Shown one piece after another: positions 40,085 through 53,000 of a stretch of 64,000 nucleotides of DNA. The position numbers were made by a program, and so were the translations under genes. Origin of the DNA: Lama glama (lineage: Eukaryota). The DNA is taken from assembly GCA_028534125.1 (NCBI GenBank), contig CM052817.1:16432001-16496000 (forward strand). The letters are read 5' to 3'. The stretch's first letter is position 1, and every line of letters starts with the position of its first letter. The notes below the pieces were generated by a model, which saw only the letters and a program-made list of their open reading frames with translations, was not told the origin of the DNA and did not search any database.

Positions 40085-40989
40085 CACATGTACTGATGAG
40101 TACTGAGCTGAACCCTCAAGGAGAACTCTCTGCTGATCTTCCAGGCTCTCTCCAGGCTCTTTATCTCTGGCCTGCTCCATAAATTCCAGCTGCCTTGACC
40201 TTCTCAGGGGTCAGAGGCCACTCTGTTTAGGTGCTCCTTCCTGTGCTGCAGCTAAGTTGTCTCCAGGCAGAACGCTCAGGCAATCTTAGGGTTCACATTT
40301 TTTTTTCTTTCTCTGTGCTACATGTTGTCCAATACCTTAAAACTGTTGTTTTACATACTTTTTACAGTGATTTCATTATATAGGGAGGAGTCTGAATCTG
40401 GACCCTGTTGCTTCATCATGGCCAGGAGCAGAAGTCTGTACAGTATGTTAGTAAACTAGCTATACCATAGACTCAGTGTTCCAATATCTAGTAGGGAAAG
40501 TCTTCCCTCATTTTTCTTTTTATTTCAAATCTCTCATGGCCATCTGGATCCCTTTCTCGTTCATATAAATTCTATAGCCAGCTTAATCAATTCTCTTAAA
40601 AAGTCCTCTTGGGTTTTGGGTTGGGATTGAATTAAATTTATGTACTAATACAAGATATAAATGATATCCTTACGTTTGTGTATACCTTGCCCTTGGATGG
40701 GGAAAGTTAATTTCATAAAATGTTACTTGTCAGCTGCTGGATGCTTTTGATAGCCTGAAAGAGAAGAATGCATGATACAACTGGATTGGGCATTTGAAGA
40801 CCAATGAAAGGCTGGCCAATTCAAGGCTGATAAACTAGAAGGAGTTGGGAACTCTTTTGGATGAAAACATTAAAATTCTAAAGGTTAAGGAGATAGACTG
40901 ATATCTGAGATAGTTTGTTATATGAGAAAACAAGATGGAGAGAAGTATATATGATTTTATATTATTTAAGAAAAGGGAGATACACTTAC

Positions 40990-43900
40990 ACATATATACA
41001 TGCTATGTATGTATACCCGTGTGCGTAGAACTATAACTACTTAAATTTTAAAATGCAAAGTTAACTATAAAAGCAGTCTTAAATAACTTCCTGTAGGGAA
41101 GTAGTGAACAAGCTCAGGTGGAAGCTGGGCTTTTCTGAATATACCCTGCTTTTAGATTTGACTTTAAAACTGTATATATTTTACACAGTTATACATCAAG
41201 CTTAAATTCTTAAAAAGCATTCCCTAAACACTGAACATAAAATAAAACCAATGAACCCAACCCAACTAGAACCAGGTTGGTGGCACAGCTACCTAGAGAG
41301 AACCAATTTAAAGTGACTTTTAAAACATGGTAATTTGATAGCCCATCCCTAGTGGGATATGCCTTAAGGACAAAAAAAGAATTGCAAAAAATATCTTAAC
41401 CTGGTCTCACAAATCCTACGTTTTTGAGGCAGTTTGGAGACCATTACTTTGAGACTTCAGTATACACAGAGGGCCTAAAGTAAGTAAGTAATTCTGTTGG
41501 GATTGTCAACAACCGAAATTTTTTGGCATGGTAGAAATGAGATCAATGAGTTAAGTAATAACCCTGTAACCTTTAATTTGAATAGAAACTGTTAGTATAA
41601 ACTCATGACATGTAATCTTAGCCAACAAACACCATTTTCTACTCTGTCCACTGAAAAAGTCCAGAAACAGTGACTAAGCCAGCAACATCAAGTGCCCAGA
41701 TGGTGTTCCAAAATTCCATCTCACCTAGGAGGCCACAGGGCCCCTTGGACTACAGCTGTGACAGATCTAGGGCAGGAAAACACACCACCTGCCCTGAGTC
41801 ACTGAGCTTCCTGCTCTCTGGTGCGACCTTAAAGATTCCCAGGGCTGTGTCCAAAGGCCTTACAAACCAACCTGAAGAGGCTTTCAAAGGCCACTGAAAC
41901 ATAAGAATAGTAACTATGAGAGATTTTAATACATCCAGTATGATTATGCCCACTAGTTCATAACAAAGCTAACAAAACAAAACTTAGTGGTCACGTTTAA
42001 AAAAATTCTAGGAAGTCAGTTCTTCTGAAGTCAACCCCTTATCTTCTTCTGCATAACCTGTATCTCCAAGTTCTCAGGTGATTGAAGCACCTTTGTAGAA
42101 GAAATGTCTAAAGCTGCTTCCGTTAACGAAGAAGGAGTGATGGCATCCATACATCACCACCGTGCAAGTTCTGACAAATCCATGGACAGAGGCGTGCTGA
42201 GCAACAGAGAGAGACAGTCAGACCTCCTGTGCTGTCTTCTGTGAAGAATATTTGCCAGAAAATTGAGCCTGAGTCTGATCAAACTTCTAAGTTCTAGAAC
42301 TAACCACCAATATGCAGAAGCTGCAAGGGACAGAGGTTTACATGAAATGACACCGCAGAGGTGCAATTATCAAAATTCAGGCTAAGAAATGCTACTGAAA
42401 ACACAGCCCATTTTCTTCAGTAATTGCAAGGAAAAAGTGTAACAGAGAAGTAGTATATAGGTTAAAAAAATATTTAAAGACCTGCCACCAGCAACTGCAA
42501 TTTATGGCCTTATGTTGACCCTGAGTCTAACAAGTAGGCTAAACGATCATGAGGTACTTGAGGAAATTTAAACAGTGACTAGACATTTAATTATCTCAGG
42601 AAATTGTTGTTAATTTTTAAGATGTGATAATGGTATTTCTTTTTCAAAGAAATATATACTGAATCTTATAGGTAAAAAATAACAATATTCACCATAAACA
42701 AATATAACACAATTTGTTTATTATCCTAACAGGTTTTTGGTGGGGGACTGGGGGTTGGGAGTTGGATACAATTATTTTAAAATCCACATGGAAATATAAA
42801 TGCCTGAATAGCAAAGCAAACTATAAAGAAGATAAATAATGAGAGACTTGCCTTGAACTGAAAGCCACTGTAATAAGAATCACTGTAATACAACCAGCAT
42901 GGTATTGGCGTAGGAGTAGACAAATCAGTGGAACAGAAGAGCGGATCCAAAAATAGATCTCAGCATATATCATCATTTAATATGTGACAAAGGTAGTATT
43001 TCAATTCTGTGGGAAAAAATGGTTTATTTAATAAATAGTGCTGGCATAACTGGCTGTTCATCTAGAACAAAATGAACTTGCATCCCAATTTCACAACAAA
43101 TCCAAAAATAAATTCCAAGTGGATTAAAAACTTAAATGCAAACAATAAATCTTAGGAGAACACTTAGGTGACTGCATGGAAATGTAGGGGACAGAGAACA
43201 CCTTTCAAACTAAAATCAGGAACCTGGAAAGTATAAAAGGCAGACATATTTGACTATCTGAAATGTAAAATATAAAACTTATATGGCAGAAGACACCATA
43301 AACAAAGTCAAAAGTCAAAATATGCATTTAGAAAAATACATATAATTCAAGTAACAGATAAAGGGTTAATATTTCTTATATGCAACAAATTCTTACAAAG
43401 TGATAAAAAAAAGGATAAACCCTTCCAATTTTTAAAGAGGGCAGAGTGTATAAACAGGCAATTCACAGAGGAGCAAAACCGAATGGCTAATAAACATATT
43501 AAAAGGTACGCAAACTCACCAGTGGTCAGGAAACTGCAAATTAAAATAATAATGAGACATTACACCCATCAGACAGGCAAAAAATTAAAAAGAATGATTT
43601 ATCTATTTCAGTCTCATGCATTGCTTGTGAAAATGTGAATTGTTATTGCCTTTTGGAAAAAAAAGACCTAACAGCATCTATTAAAGAATCCACATACCCT
43701 TTGACCCAATGATTGCACTGCTGGGAATGTAGCCAGTAGGAATAAAAGAACCAGTATGGAAAGCTATATGTAAACTTACTTATTGCAGAATTATAGTAGC
43801 AAAAAACTAAAACAAAGTGAATATGCATCCATAAGGAAATGATTGAATAAATTGTGTGTGGTAGCTACATCATAAAATACTATGCAGCTACTAAGAAGAA

Positions 43901-44700
43901 GGAATTAGAACTGCTCCCCATGAATTAAAAGAATTTCTTCAGGATGTTGAGTGATAAATGCAAGATGCTGACACTTGTGCATATTATGGTTCCCAGCTAT
44001 AAACTAGTGTATGAGTGTATGTATGTATGTATGTATGTATGTATGAGCGTGTGTATATGTGTAAATGTATGTATTTGTATGCAAACTTCAGTTTGCTTAT
44101 GATAACATGAGCTTAGGGAAAAAGCATGAAATGCTCTACAGGGTGTTGTTGACAAAAGCTATGCCAGATTGGGGATGGGGGGGGTTAGACTTGGATAGAT
44201 GCTGGGAAAGGATAAAGGAGAAAATTTTAATTTAAATTTTTTTAACTAGCATGATTATAGCATAAACATACACAAGTATGTGTATATAAAATATATACAT
44301 GTATAATGTGTGTGTGTACATATGTGATATATATTAAGGGAAAAAGCTAGAGTTGAATCTTTATCAACAAATTTGCAGAGATGTCCATGATATGTTGTTA
44401 AATTTTTAAAGGCTGGTAATGTGTATGGTATGATTCTATTTTGTCAAAACAAAGCACATATAAACAAGCCACTATAACTGTGGGCTTCATAAATGCTTGT
44501 AATACTGAATGAGCCATGAAAAAGATGTGAAGGGATAAATGCCAGGTTGTTAACATTTGTTACCTCAAAGAGGGTTGAGATGGGGATGAAATGATGATTA
44601 ACTTTTTCCTTTACACATCATTGTACTGGTTTACTTGTTACAATAAAACTGCATTGCTTTATAATTTGAGAAATGTCAAGCAGAGAGAACAAAGAAAAGA
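40990..44700 (+). mobile_element. Mosaic of old L1M fragments
   Basis: ORF2-like stretches at 42780-43900 (TGGTATTGGCGTAGG..AGACAAATCAGTGGAACAGAA; GGCAATTCACAGAGGAG) and L1M 3' UTR-like flanks. Confidence 0.7.
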
Positions 44701-44919
44701 CCATAGTCTTCCATCTACAGAAGATATTATCTTTCATTATATGTTGAAATATTTTTCTCCCCCTTAAACAAAGTTTCTTTATAGTTGTTGTTTTCTTAAT
44801 CGGGAATGAGTGTTTAAAGTTTATCAATTGTTTCTGGCATCTATTAAGATGATTGTCTGGTTTTTCTTCTTTGATCAGTTTTGATCATGTCACTTTTCTC
44901 TTCAATATCTGTATTTTCC

Positions 44920-46012
44920 CATTTGGTTATCTTATTCAGCCTCATGGCTTCAGACATCATATATGTTCCAACAACTCCCCAGATGCGTATCTCTGGCCCA
45001 GACTTCTCTTCCAAACTCCAGATCCTGGATAACTGCCTATTGACATCTGCAATTGAAAGTCTAATTGATATTTCAAACTCAACATGTCCAAAATGAAACT
45101 CGTAACCACCTCTCCCAAATTCCACCAAACTCACTCGACATGCAGCTATCTTTATTTCAGGTGAGGACAACCACATCTAACCAGTGCTCAATGACAGAAA
45201 ATATGTGTCATCTGTGACTTTCTCCCTCACACTCTACACTCAATGCATCAGGAAGTCCTGTTCATTCTACCTTCAGAATATATTAGAATTGATCACTTTC
45301 ATTACCACCACGGCTTCCATGCTGGTCAGAGCCTCCATCCTCTCTCACCTGCAATACTGATCATCCTGTGTCTGTTCTTGACCTCCTACTGTCTATTCTC
45401 AACATGACCCCCAGAATCAAGCCCTTTATAATGTATATGAGATCACTTCACTCCTTCGCTCAAAATCATGCACTCTTCTCTCCACATCCACACACTTTTC
45501 CCTGCCACTGCCTCCATTTCATTTAGATTAAAACCCAAGTTCCGTACAAGGTCTACACAATCTCCCTGCGACCTCTCGACCTCATCTCCATCCACTCTCC
45601 TCCTGGCTTACTCCACCACAGCCATTCCAGCTTCCTCGGGGTCCCTAGAACAGGACAGGCACACCTCTCCCACCCTGGAGACTCACTGTTCCTTCTGCTT
45701 TGAATGCCCTTCCCCCAGATAGCTCACTCCTCCTCTCAATGAAGCCTGTCCTAACCACTTTATTAAATATCCTGCCTCCTACCCCCCCCACAATGAATCT
45801 CTTTTACCCTCATCTACGTTTTCATTTTCCATAGCATTCATCCTCTTCTCCATCCTGAAATGTTTATTAAGTTTATCTTATCTGTCTCAGTCCACTAGAA
45901 TAGAAGCTCCAACAGGACAAGAACCTTGTTTTGTTCATCAGTGTGCCCCAAATGCCTAGAACACTGCCTGACCCATAAGAGATGCTTGACAAATATTTAT
46001 TGAGTGAAAGAA
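44920..46012 (+). mobile_element. L2 LINE 3' fragment
   Basis: CTCAACATGTCCAAAATGAAACTC...CCACTAGAATAGAAGCTCC...GCCTAGAACACTGCCTG...AAATATTTATTGAGTGAAAGAATG. Confidence 0.85.
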
Positions 46013-48871
46013 TGTATCAGTGAATTGCATTCATTAGTTCCAAGCATGGAGCTCCCCCAAACTGGTCCTCTCAATGCTGTGATTCCTCTCTTGTATGTGT
46101 TTTGATCTGTAATGTTCTACAGGATTTTTAGATTTCTCTTAAGTGTGACTCTTTTTGCTTTTCCTCTTTTAGGAATCATTCCAAATTTCTGGCTCATTAA
46201 TGAAGCTTTTTTATTGTTTCCCCACACTGTTATAGATTTTTTTTTAAAGTACCTCTATGGTGATTTCATAGGATTTGGTGGGGGAAGAAAGGCAGATGTG
46301 TGTGCTCACTCCTCCCATCCTTGACCTCAGAGAATTGGGAGTTTGTTAGTGTGAGTCAGTCCCTCTGGGTCTAAGTGACTCTGATGAACTTGAGTTACTG
46401 GACTTTGGGCCCTAGTGACCCCATCAATACAATGTAGCCTTATGAAGCCTGGCTCGGCCAATAGCTGCCCTTCCTCTAAGATCTCCAGCTCCAGTCCTTC
46501 AAATGTAACACTGCTCTCATTAACCAAGATATTATAAAATATGTTTTTCAATTCAGAAAGGAAATGAATTGCAAAAAAAGCTAGATAATAAAAATGAGGT
46601 TCTAATGCCTGACACCACATTTCCTTCTTACTAATCAATTCAATCTTAAAATCAAAGATATCCACCCACATCCTTAGGGAACTCATTGAAAATCTTATGC
46701 AGCTGAAAAATTTCTAATCTCCTTTTACTATGGCTCTACTAGTCAATTAAAGACTTTTCAGAATGTAAAATATGCATTTTATGTCTATTTTCAAAGTCAC
46801 TAAAGACCAGATTTTGACCATTGATTTATATGCTGAATATGCCTGCCCTATGGAAAGAAACTTGGTTAATTTGGGAGTTTGGGAGTGTACTAAACTATTT
46901 TTATCTAACTTTCCTACCAGCATAGCATTTATAAACCACAGAAAAACATACTTTTTATTCCCTTATTTTAAAAAAATGTATATTCTCAATGCTTTTAGTT
47001 TTCTACTTTTACATAATTTCATGACCATGTTGCAGTTGGAGGAAAGTGTTCACTGTGAACCTATTTATCCAAGGCCAAATATGAATTAACATAGATGACA
47101 AAATCACAAAAATGTGACCAAAATTGATATTTTTAAAAATGTGACTTGCCCTTTGACTACTAATCCCAGCCAATATTGAGAAGAGACCTTGAGCTATCAA
47201 CTGAGCCAGCAACCCCCCCGTTGACACGCCGGTTGTCAACTGGATAAATTAGTTTTTCCAGATCTTTGTGTTCAATCAATACACCCATGTCCTTGGCCTC
47301 CTGCTAACAGTCTTATCCTTTTCCCTTATCTTCCTCAAGATACGCTAAGTAAGAACTCCCATTTGTAAGCCATTGGTATAAAGGGTTTCTATCACCTTGG
47401 GAAAGAAAACCTGTGGGAATGGAGGCCTTCACCTTATTCTAGAGTTTATTCCATTGTTCTAGCACCCTGATAGTAAATAAGTTCTTCCCTGTGCTCATGC
47501 AGAATTTTTTATTTTTCTGTAAGCTTGTTTTCTTTTAATCAGAATTCTTGGACATGGAAAATCGTTTTCCTCATCCTCTGTATTATCCTTGGAGACAATG
47601 CACACGATCTCTTTTTGGTCTATTCTATTTTAATTTTTACTCATGAAAAAATGGAAACCTACTTTTAATTTCCCATGATTTTTGGATGCTGTTCAGCAAT
47701 TCCATGTGATTATTGAAATGTGGCCAAAATGGGACCCCATTTACTAGCTCTTTGTTGAGATGGTAGCTTTTGAAAGATTGAAACAATAGGAGAGATTAAA
47801 CAGGAAATGACAGATTTAACTTTCTAAAAATTTTGAATTTCAGTATCATGAAAATTAATAAAGCTGGCTAGTTAAGTATTTGTACCACATTACAACTGTA
47901 GAAAATTCATATCTATACAATCTAAAGAATTTACTTGTATGTAAATCTGCTTATACATCAGACTTGATTTTTAATGAATACTCATATTCATTTTTAATAT
48001 TTTGATATTTTCATTTAAAAACTTTTTTTGAGTAATATCAAGACTCCAGCAGATACATAAAGCATGAATAGATAATACCCTCATTGGCCAACAGTCACTT
48101 TTTCTCAGAATCTAGTATACATGGCCTGTCTTAGAAACCCTCAAGGAACTCCTAGAGAAAGTAAGCTCTTCTTCAAACCCTGTGATTCTATGTTCTATAA
48201 CACACTGTACTGCTCTTATTATAGTAGTCACTTTATTCAGCAATTATTTATATGACTGTCCTCCCTACTAGAAATGACCACTTTGATACAGTATCAGAGC
48301 AGGGACCACGTCTTTGCTTCATTATCTTTTCATTGTCTAACATGGTGTGTGCTACAAGCAGTAGGTGCTTCATAATTGCTTATAGGATGAATTCATTCAT
48401 GTTAAAATAATTGTAAATAGTAATTATAGAATTATAGAAGAGACCTCCCTTCTCAAGCTCTTAATCAGAGGTATGCAATATAATGCAATATTATTTTGTT
48501 CAAGAAGGTTTTAATGTGTTAATGGACATGTGTTCTTTTTGCCTGGGAATTTTAAAAATATGAATATTATTAATAGGTATGGAGAGATAGTTCTCGGGAA
48601 ATTAATTTATAAAGTCAATATAATGCAAGTCAGAATGCAGGGTTTTTAAAAACTTAGCACACTCATTCTGAAGTTCATCTAGAGAAACAAACATAAGAGC
48701 CAGACAAAAAAATCTGCAGATAAAAAGAAATAATAAAGGGAAATATCCCTATCAAACATTTAAATGTTTAATTAAATTACAGTAATCAACATGCTGTGAA
48801 TTGATATGGAAACAGAAAGAGTCTATTCAATGCATAGAATGGAAAATTCAGAAATGATCAGGAGCAGGGGC

Positions 48872-49207
48872 AATATTTCATTCCTTTTTATGGCTGAGTA
48901 ATACTCCATTATATATTTTATATATATATATAATCATTTTTATCCATCTGTGGATGGACACTTAGGTTGCTTCTATGTGTTGGCTATTGTAAATAGTGCT
49001 ACTGTGAAAAATGGGGTATATGTACCTTTTTGAATTAGAGTTTTTATCTTTTCCAGATATGTTCCCAGGAATGAGATTGCTGGATCCTATGGTAACTCTA
49101 CTTTTAGTTTTTTAAGGAGCCTCCATACTATTCTCCATAGGAGCTGCATCAATTTACATTCCCACCAACAGTGTAGGAGGGTTCCCTTTTCTCCACACCC
49201 TCTCCAG
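48872..49207 (-). mobile_element. L1 ORF2-end fragment, antisense
   Basis: ATGGACACTTAGGTTGCTTC...TTTACATTCCCACCAACAGTGTAGGAGGGTTCCCTTTTCTCCACACCCTCTCCAG. Confidence 0.85.
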
Positions 49208-49419
49208 ATGAATGCACCTATTTTTAAAAAATCAAAGTTAATGTAAAAAAAAAAAAGTCCATGATGTTAAAAAAAAAAGCCTATGATAAATGAAATACCA
49301 AAAATTTAAATCGAGTCCTGCAATTACATGACTTGCCTCCCTCACCTCCCCTAATACTGGTCCCCTTGCATTCTGTCTTTATTTAAAATTTTGGTTTTTT
49401 ATTAATCATTTATTGTTTT

Positions 49420-52400
49420 AAAAATTTTTTTTTGTTTTGAAATAATTATGCATTCACTGGAAATTAACAAAGATAGTACAGAGAGAATCTGTGTATCCTT
49501 TACTTAGTTTCCCACAATGGTTACATGTCGTATTACCATAGTACAATGTCAAAACCAGGAATTTGACGTCAGTACAATGAGTGTGTGTTGGCCTGTCATC
49601 TTACAGCATGTGTAGACACATGTAACTACCACTACAATCAAGATGCTGAATGATCCCATCCCCTGCAAGATCTCCCTCCTGTCTTTTACAGTCACACTCA
49701 TTCCTTCCTCCGCCCCATCCTTCCTTTCTAGCAAAAACTAGTCTAATTTCCACATCTGTAATTTTGTTGTTTTAAGAATGGAATGGAATATAAATATAAA
49801 TGGACTCATACAATATGTGACCTTTTGAGACTGGGTTTTTTAATTTAACATAATGACCTTTTAAAATTCATCCGAATTGTTGTGTGCATCAGTAGTTTTT
49901 TTCCATTGTGGAGTAGCATTCCATAGCAAGGGATGTTACCATACTATTGTTCAGGGGTTCACCTATTGAGGGAAATTGTTTGTTTCCAGTTTTTGGTTAT
50001 TACAATTAGTATTGCTGTGAAAAATCATGTCCCAGCATTTGTGAAGATGTAAGTATTCATTTCTCTAAAATAAAAACCTCGGAGTACAATTGCTTTGTTA
50101 TATCATAAGTGTATGTTTAATTTTTAAGAAACTAACAAACTGTTTTCCTAAGTGGCTGTACCATTTTACATCCCCACCAGCAATATGTGAGTAATCCAGT
50201 TTCTTTGCATCCTCTCTGGCATTTAGTGTTTGTTATGGGCTGAATTATGTCTTCCCTAAATTTGTATGTTGAAGCCCTAACCCCCAGTACATCAGAATGT
50301 GACTGTATTTGGAGATAGGATCTTTAAAGAGATAATTAAGGTTAAATGAGGTCATTGGTGTGTGGACCGTCATCCAGTAAGACTGGTCTCTTTTTGCAGA
50401 TTCTAACTACTGTATATAAAATAGATAAACAGAAAGTTTCTACTGTATAATGCAGGAAACTATATTCAGTATCTTGTAGCAACCTATAATGAAAAAGAAT
50501 ATGAAAAGGAATGTATGTATGTATATGTATGACTTAAACATCATGCTGTACACCAGAAATTGACACAACATTGTAAACTGACTATACTTCAATAAAAAAT
50601 AAAAATAAAAAAATGCAGGGGAAAAAAGAGAGATTAGGACTAAACAAATACAGAGAAAAAATCATGTGAAAACACACAGCCACCTACCTAGAAGTCCAGG
50701 AGAGAGGCTCAGAATGAAATCAACCCTGCCCTGCCGACACTTTGTTCTCAAACTTCTAGCCTCCAGAACTGTGAGAAATAAATTGCTGTTGTCTTCAGCC
50801 ACCCAGTCTGTGGTATTTGTTACGGCAGTTTAGTAAACGAATGCAGTATTGTCACAGTTTTTTATTTTAACCGTCTGACAGGTATGTAGTGACATCTCAT
50901 TGTACTATTAATTTGCATTTCCCTAATGGCTAATGATGTTGAACATCTGCTCATGTGCTTATTTGCCACTTGTATATCCTTTTTGGTAAAATGTCTCTTC
51001 GTGTCTTTTGCCTGCTTTCTAATTGGATTGCTTGTTTTCATAACGTTGACTTTTAAGTGTTCTTTGGATAGTCTAGAAATGAGACCTTTGTCCAATATGT
51101 GATTTGCAAATATTTTCTCCCAGTCGGTAGCTTGCTTTTTCATCCTCTTACCAGAGTCTCTCACAGAGGACATTTTAATGTTGATAAAGTCCCATTTACC
51201 CATTTCTTCTTTCGTGGGTTGTGCCTTTGGTGTTATATCTAAGAACTCTTCACTAAGTCCTAGGTCCTGAAGATTTTCACCTATATTATCTATTAAACAT
51301 TTTATAGCTTTATATATTACATTTAATTCTATGATCCATGTTGTGCTAATTTTAAATAATGTGTGAGGTTCAGGTCAAGTTTTACCTTTTTTTTTCAATT
51401 CCCATTATTTTTGGCTCTTGGGGCAATGTCATTTTTTTTCAATATGAAAAAAAGCAGCAAGTTCAACACAAAATAGAAATCTGAAATGTAGAAATAGGAT
51501 GAAACCAAGGTTGGTGGGGGGAGGCAATGGCAAAAGTAAGAGATGAGATGCTGCCGAGAGATGGAGGGTACCCTGTCCCCTTTCTGGGGAATGACAGACA
51601 TTTAGGCAGTAGCACACATCTTTCCAGAAACATACAGAGGGCTGACTTTTTGTTTTTGAGAGGTTTTTTTTTCTTGAGGGAGGGGGAGCTATTTTTCGCT
51701 TATGGATAGCCAGTTGTTCCAACACCATTTAGTAAAAGGACTATCCTTCCTCTGTTGGATTGCATTTGACCTTTATCAAAAATTAGTTGACTGAAAAAAA
51801 AATGAATTGACTGTACTTGTGTGGGGCTATATCAGGGTTCTCTATACTTTTCCACTGATCTGTATTCCTGTCCGTCTGCCAAAAACCACACGGCCTTGAT
51901 TACTATATCTGTACAGTAAACCTTGAAATCAAGTAGAGTGATTCATCCCATTTTATTCTTATTCTTCAGAATGGTTTCAGGTATTCTACTTTCTTCACCT
52001 TTCTATATAAATTTTGGAATTGTCTACCTACAAAAAATCTTGCTAAGAATTGCATAAAAGCTGTATGTCAGTTTGGAGAGAATTGACATCTTTAATATGT
52101 GGAGTCTTCTGATCCATGTATATGGAAAGTCTCAATATTTATTTAGGTTGTCTTTGATTTCTTTCATCAGAATTTTGTAGTTTTCAGTATACAAGTTTTG
52201 TACATCTTTTGCTAAATTACGCCTAAGTATTTCATTTTGGGGGAGCAGCTATAAGTGACGTATTTTTAATTTTGGTTTCCACATTTTCACTGCTAGTAGG
52301 TACACAATTACTAGTATCTCTACTAGAATAAAATTTATTTTGGTATGCTGGTCTTGTATCCTGCAACTTTGCTAAAATAGCTTATTTGTTCTAGGAGATT

Positions 52401-53000
52401 TTTGTAGAATTTTTGTGATTTCTTTTCTGTACATCATCACGTCATCTGCAAACAGGAACAGTTTTATTTCTCCCTTTCCAGCTGTTGCTTTTTTCCCTCT
52501 ATTACACAGGCTAAACTCTCCAGGACTACAGTGAATAGCAGTGGCAAGAGTGGGCAGCATTGTTATCTTCCTGATGTCTTTCACTATTAAATATGATGTA
52601 AGTTGTAGTGTTTGTAGATGTTCTTTATCAAATTGAGGAAGTCCCCCTATATATTCCTAATTTCAGGAGTGTTCTTTTTTATCATAAATGGGTGCTAAAT
52701 TATGTCGCATGTTTTTTCAGCATCAGTTGATACCATAATGTGATTTTTCTCCCCTAGCCATTTAATAGTCCCACTTAATCATCATGTATAATTCTTTTTA
52801 TATATTGCTGAATTTTATTTGCTAATACTTATTAAAAATTTTGTATCTATGTTCATGAGAGATCTTTGTAGTTTTCTTTTTTTGTACTGTGTTGTCTGGT
52901 TTTGGTATCAGGATAATACTGCCATCATACAGTGAGTTGGGAAGTGTTCATTCTTTTCTAGTTCCCGGAAGAAATTATGGGCATTGGTGTTGGTTCTCCC
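49420..53000 (-). mobile_element. Old L1 (L1M) ORF2/3' UTR, antisense
   Basis: Minus-strand ORF 50862-51203 (DWEKIFANH..DKGLISR, HMSRCSTSLAIREMQI) and ORF 52372-52584 (IKLFLFADD, RT motif). Confidence 0.9.
50231..50845 (+). mobile_element. MLT1B-like MaLR solo LTR with an L1 3' tail inside (~50396-50612), nested in an antisense L1
   Basis: TGTTATGGGCTGAATT...GAATGTGACTGTATTTGGAGATAGG...CCAGAACTGTGAGAAATAAA...AACGAATGCA; TSD GTGTT/GTATT. Confidence 0.87.
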
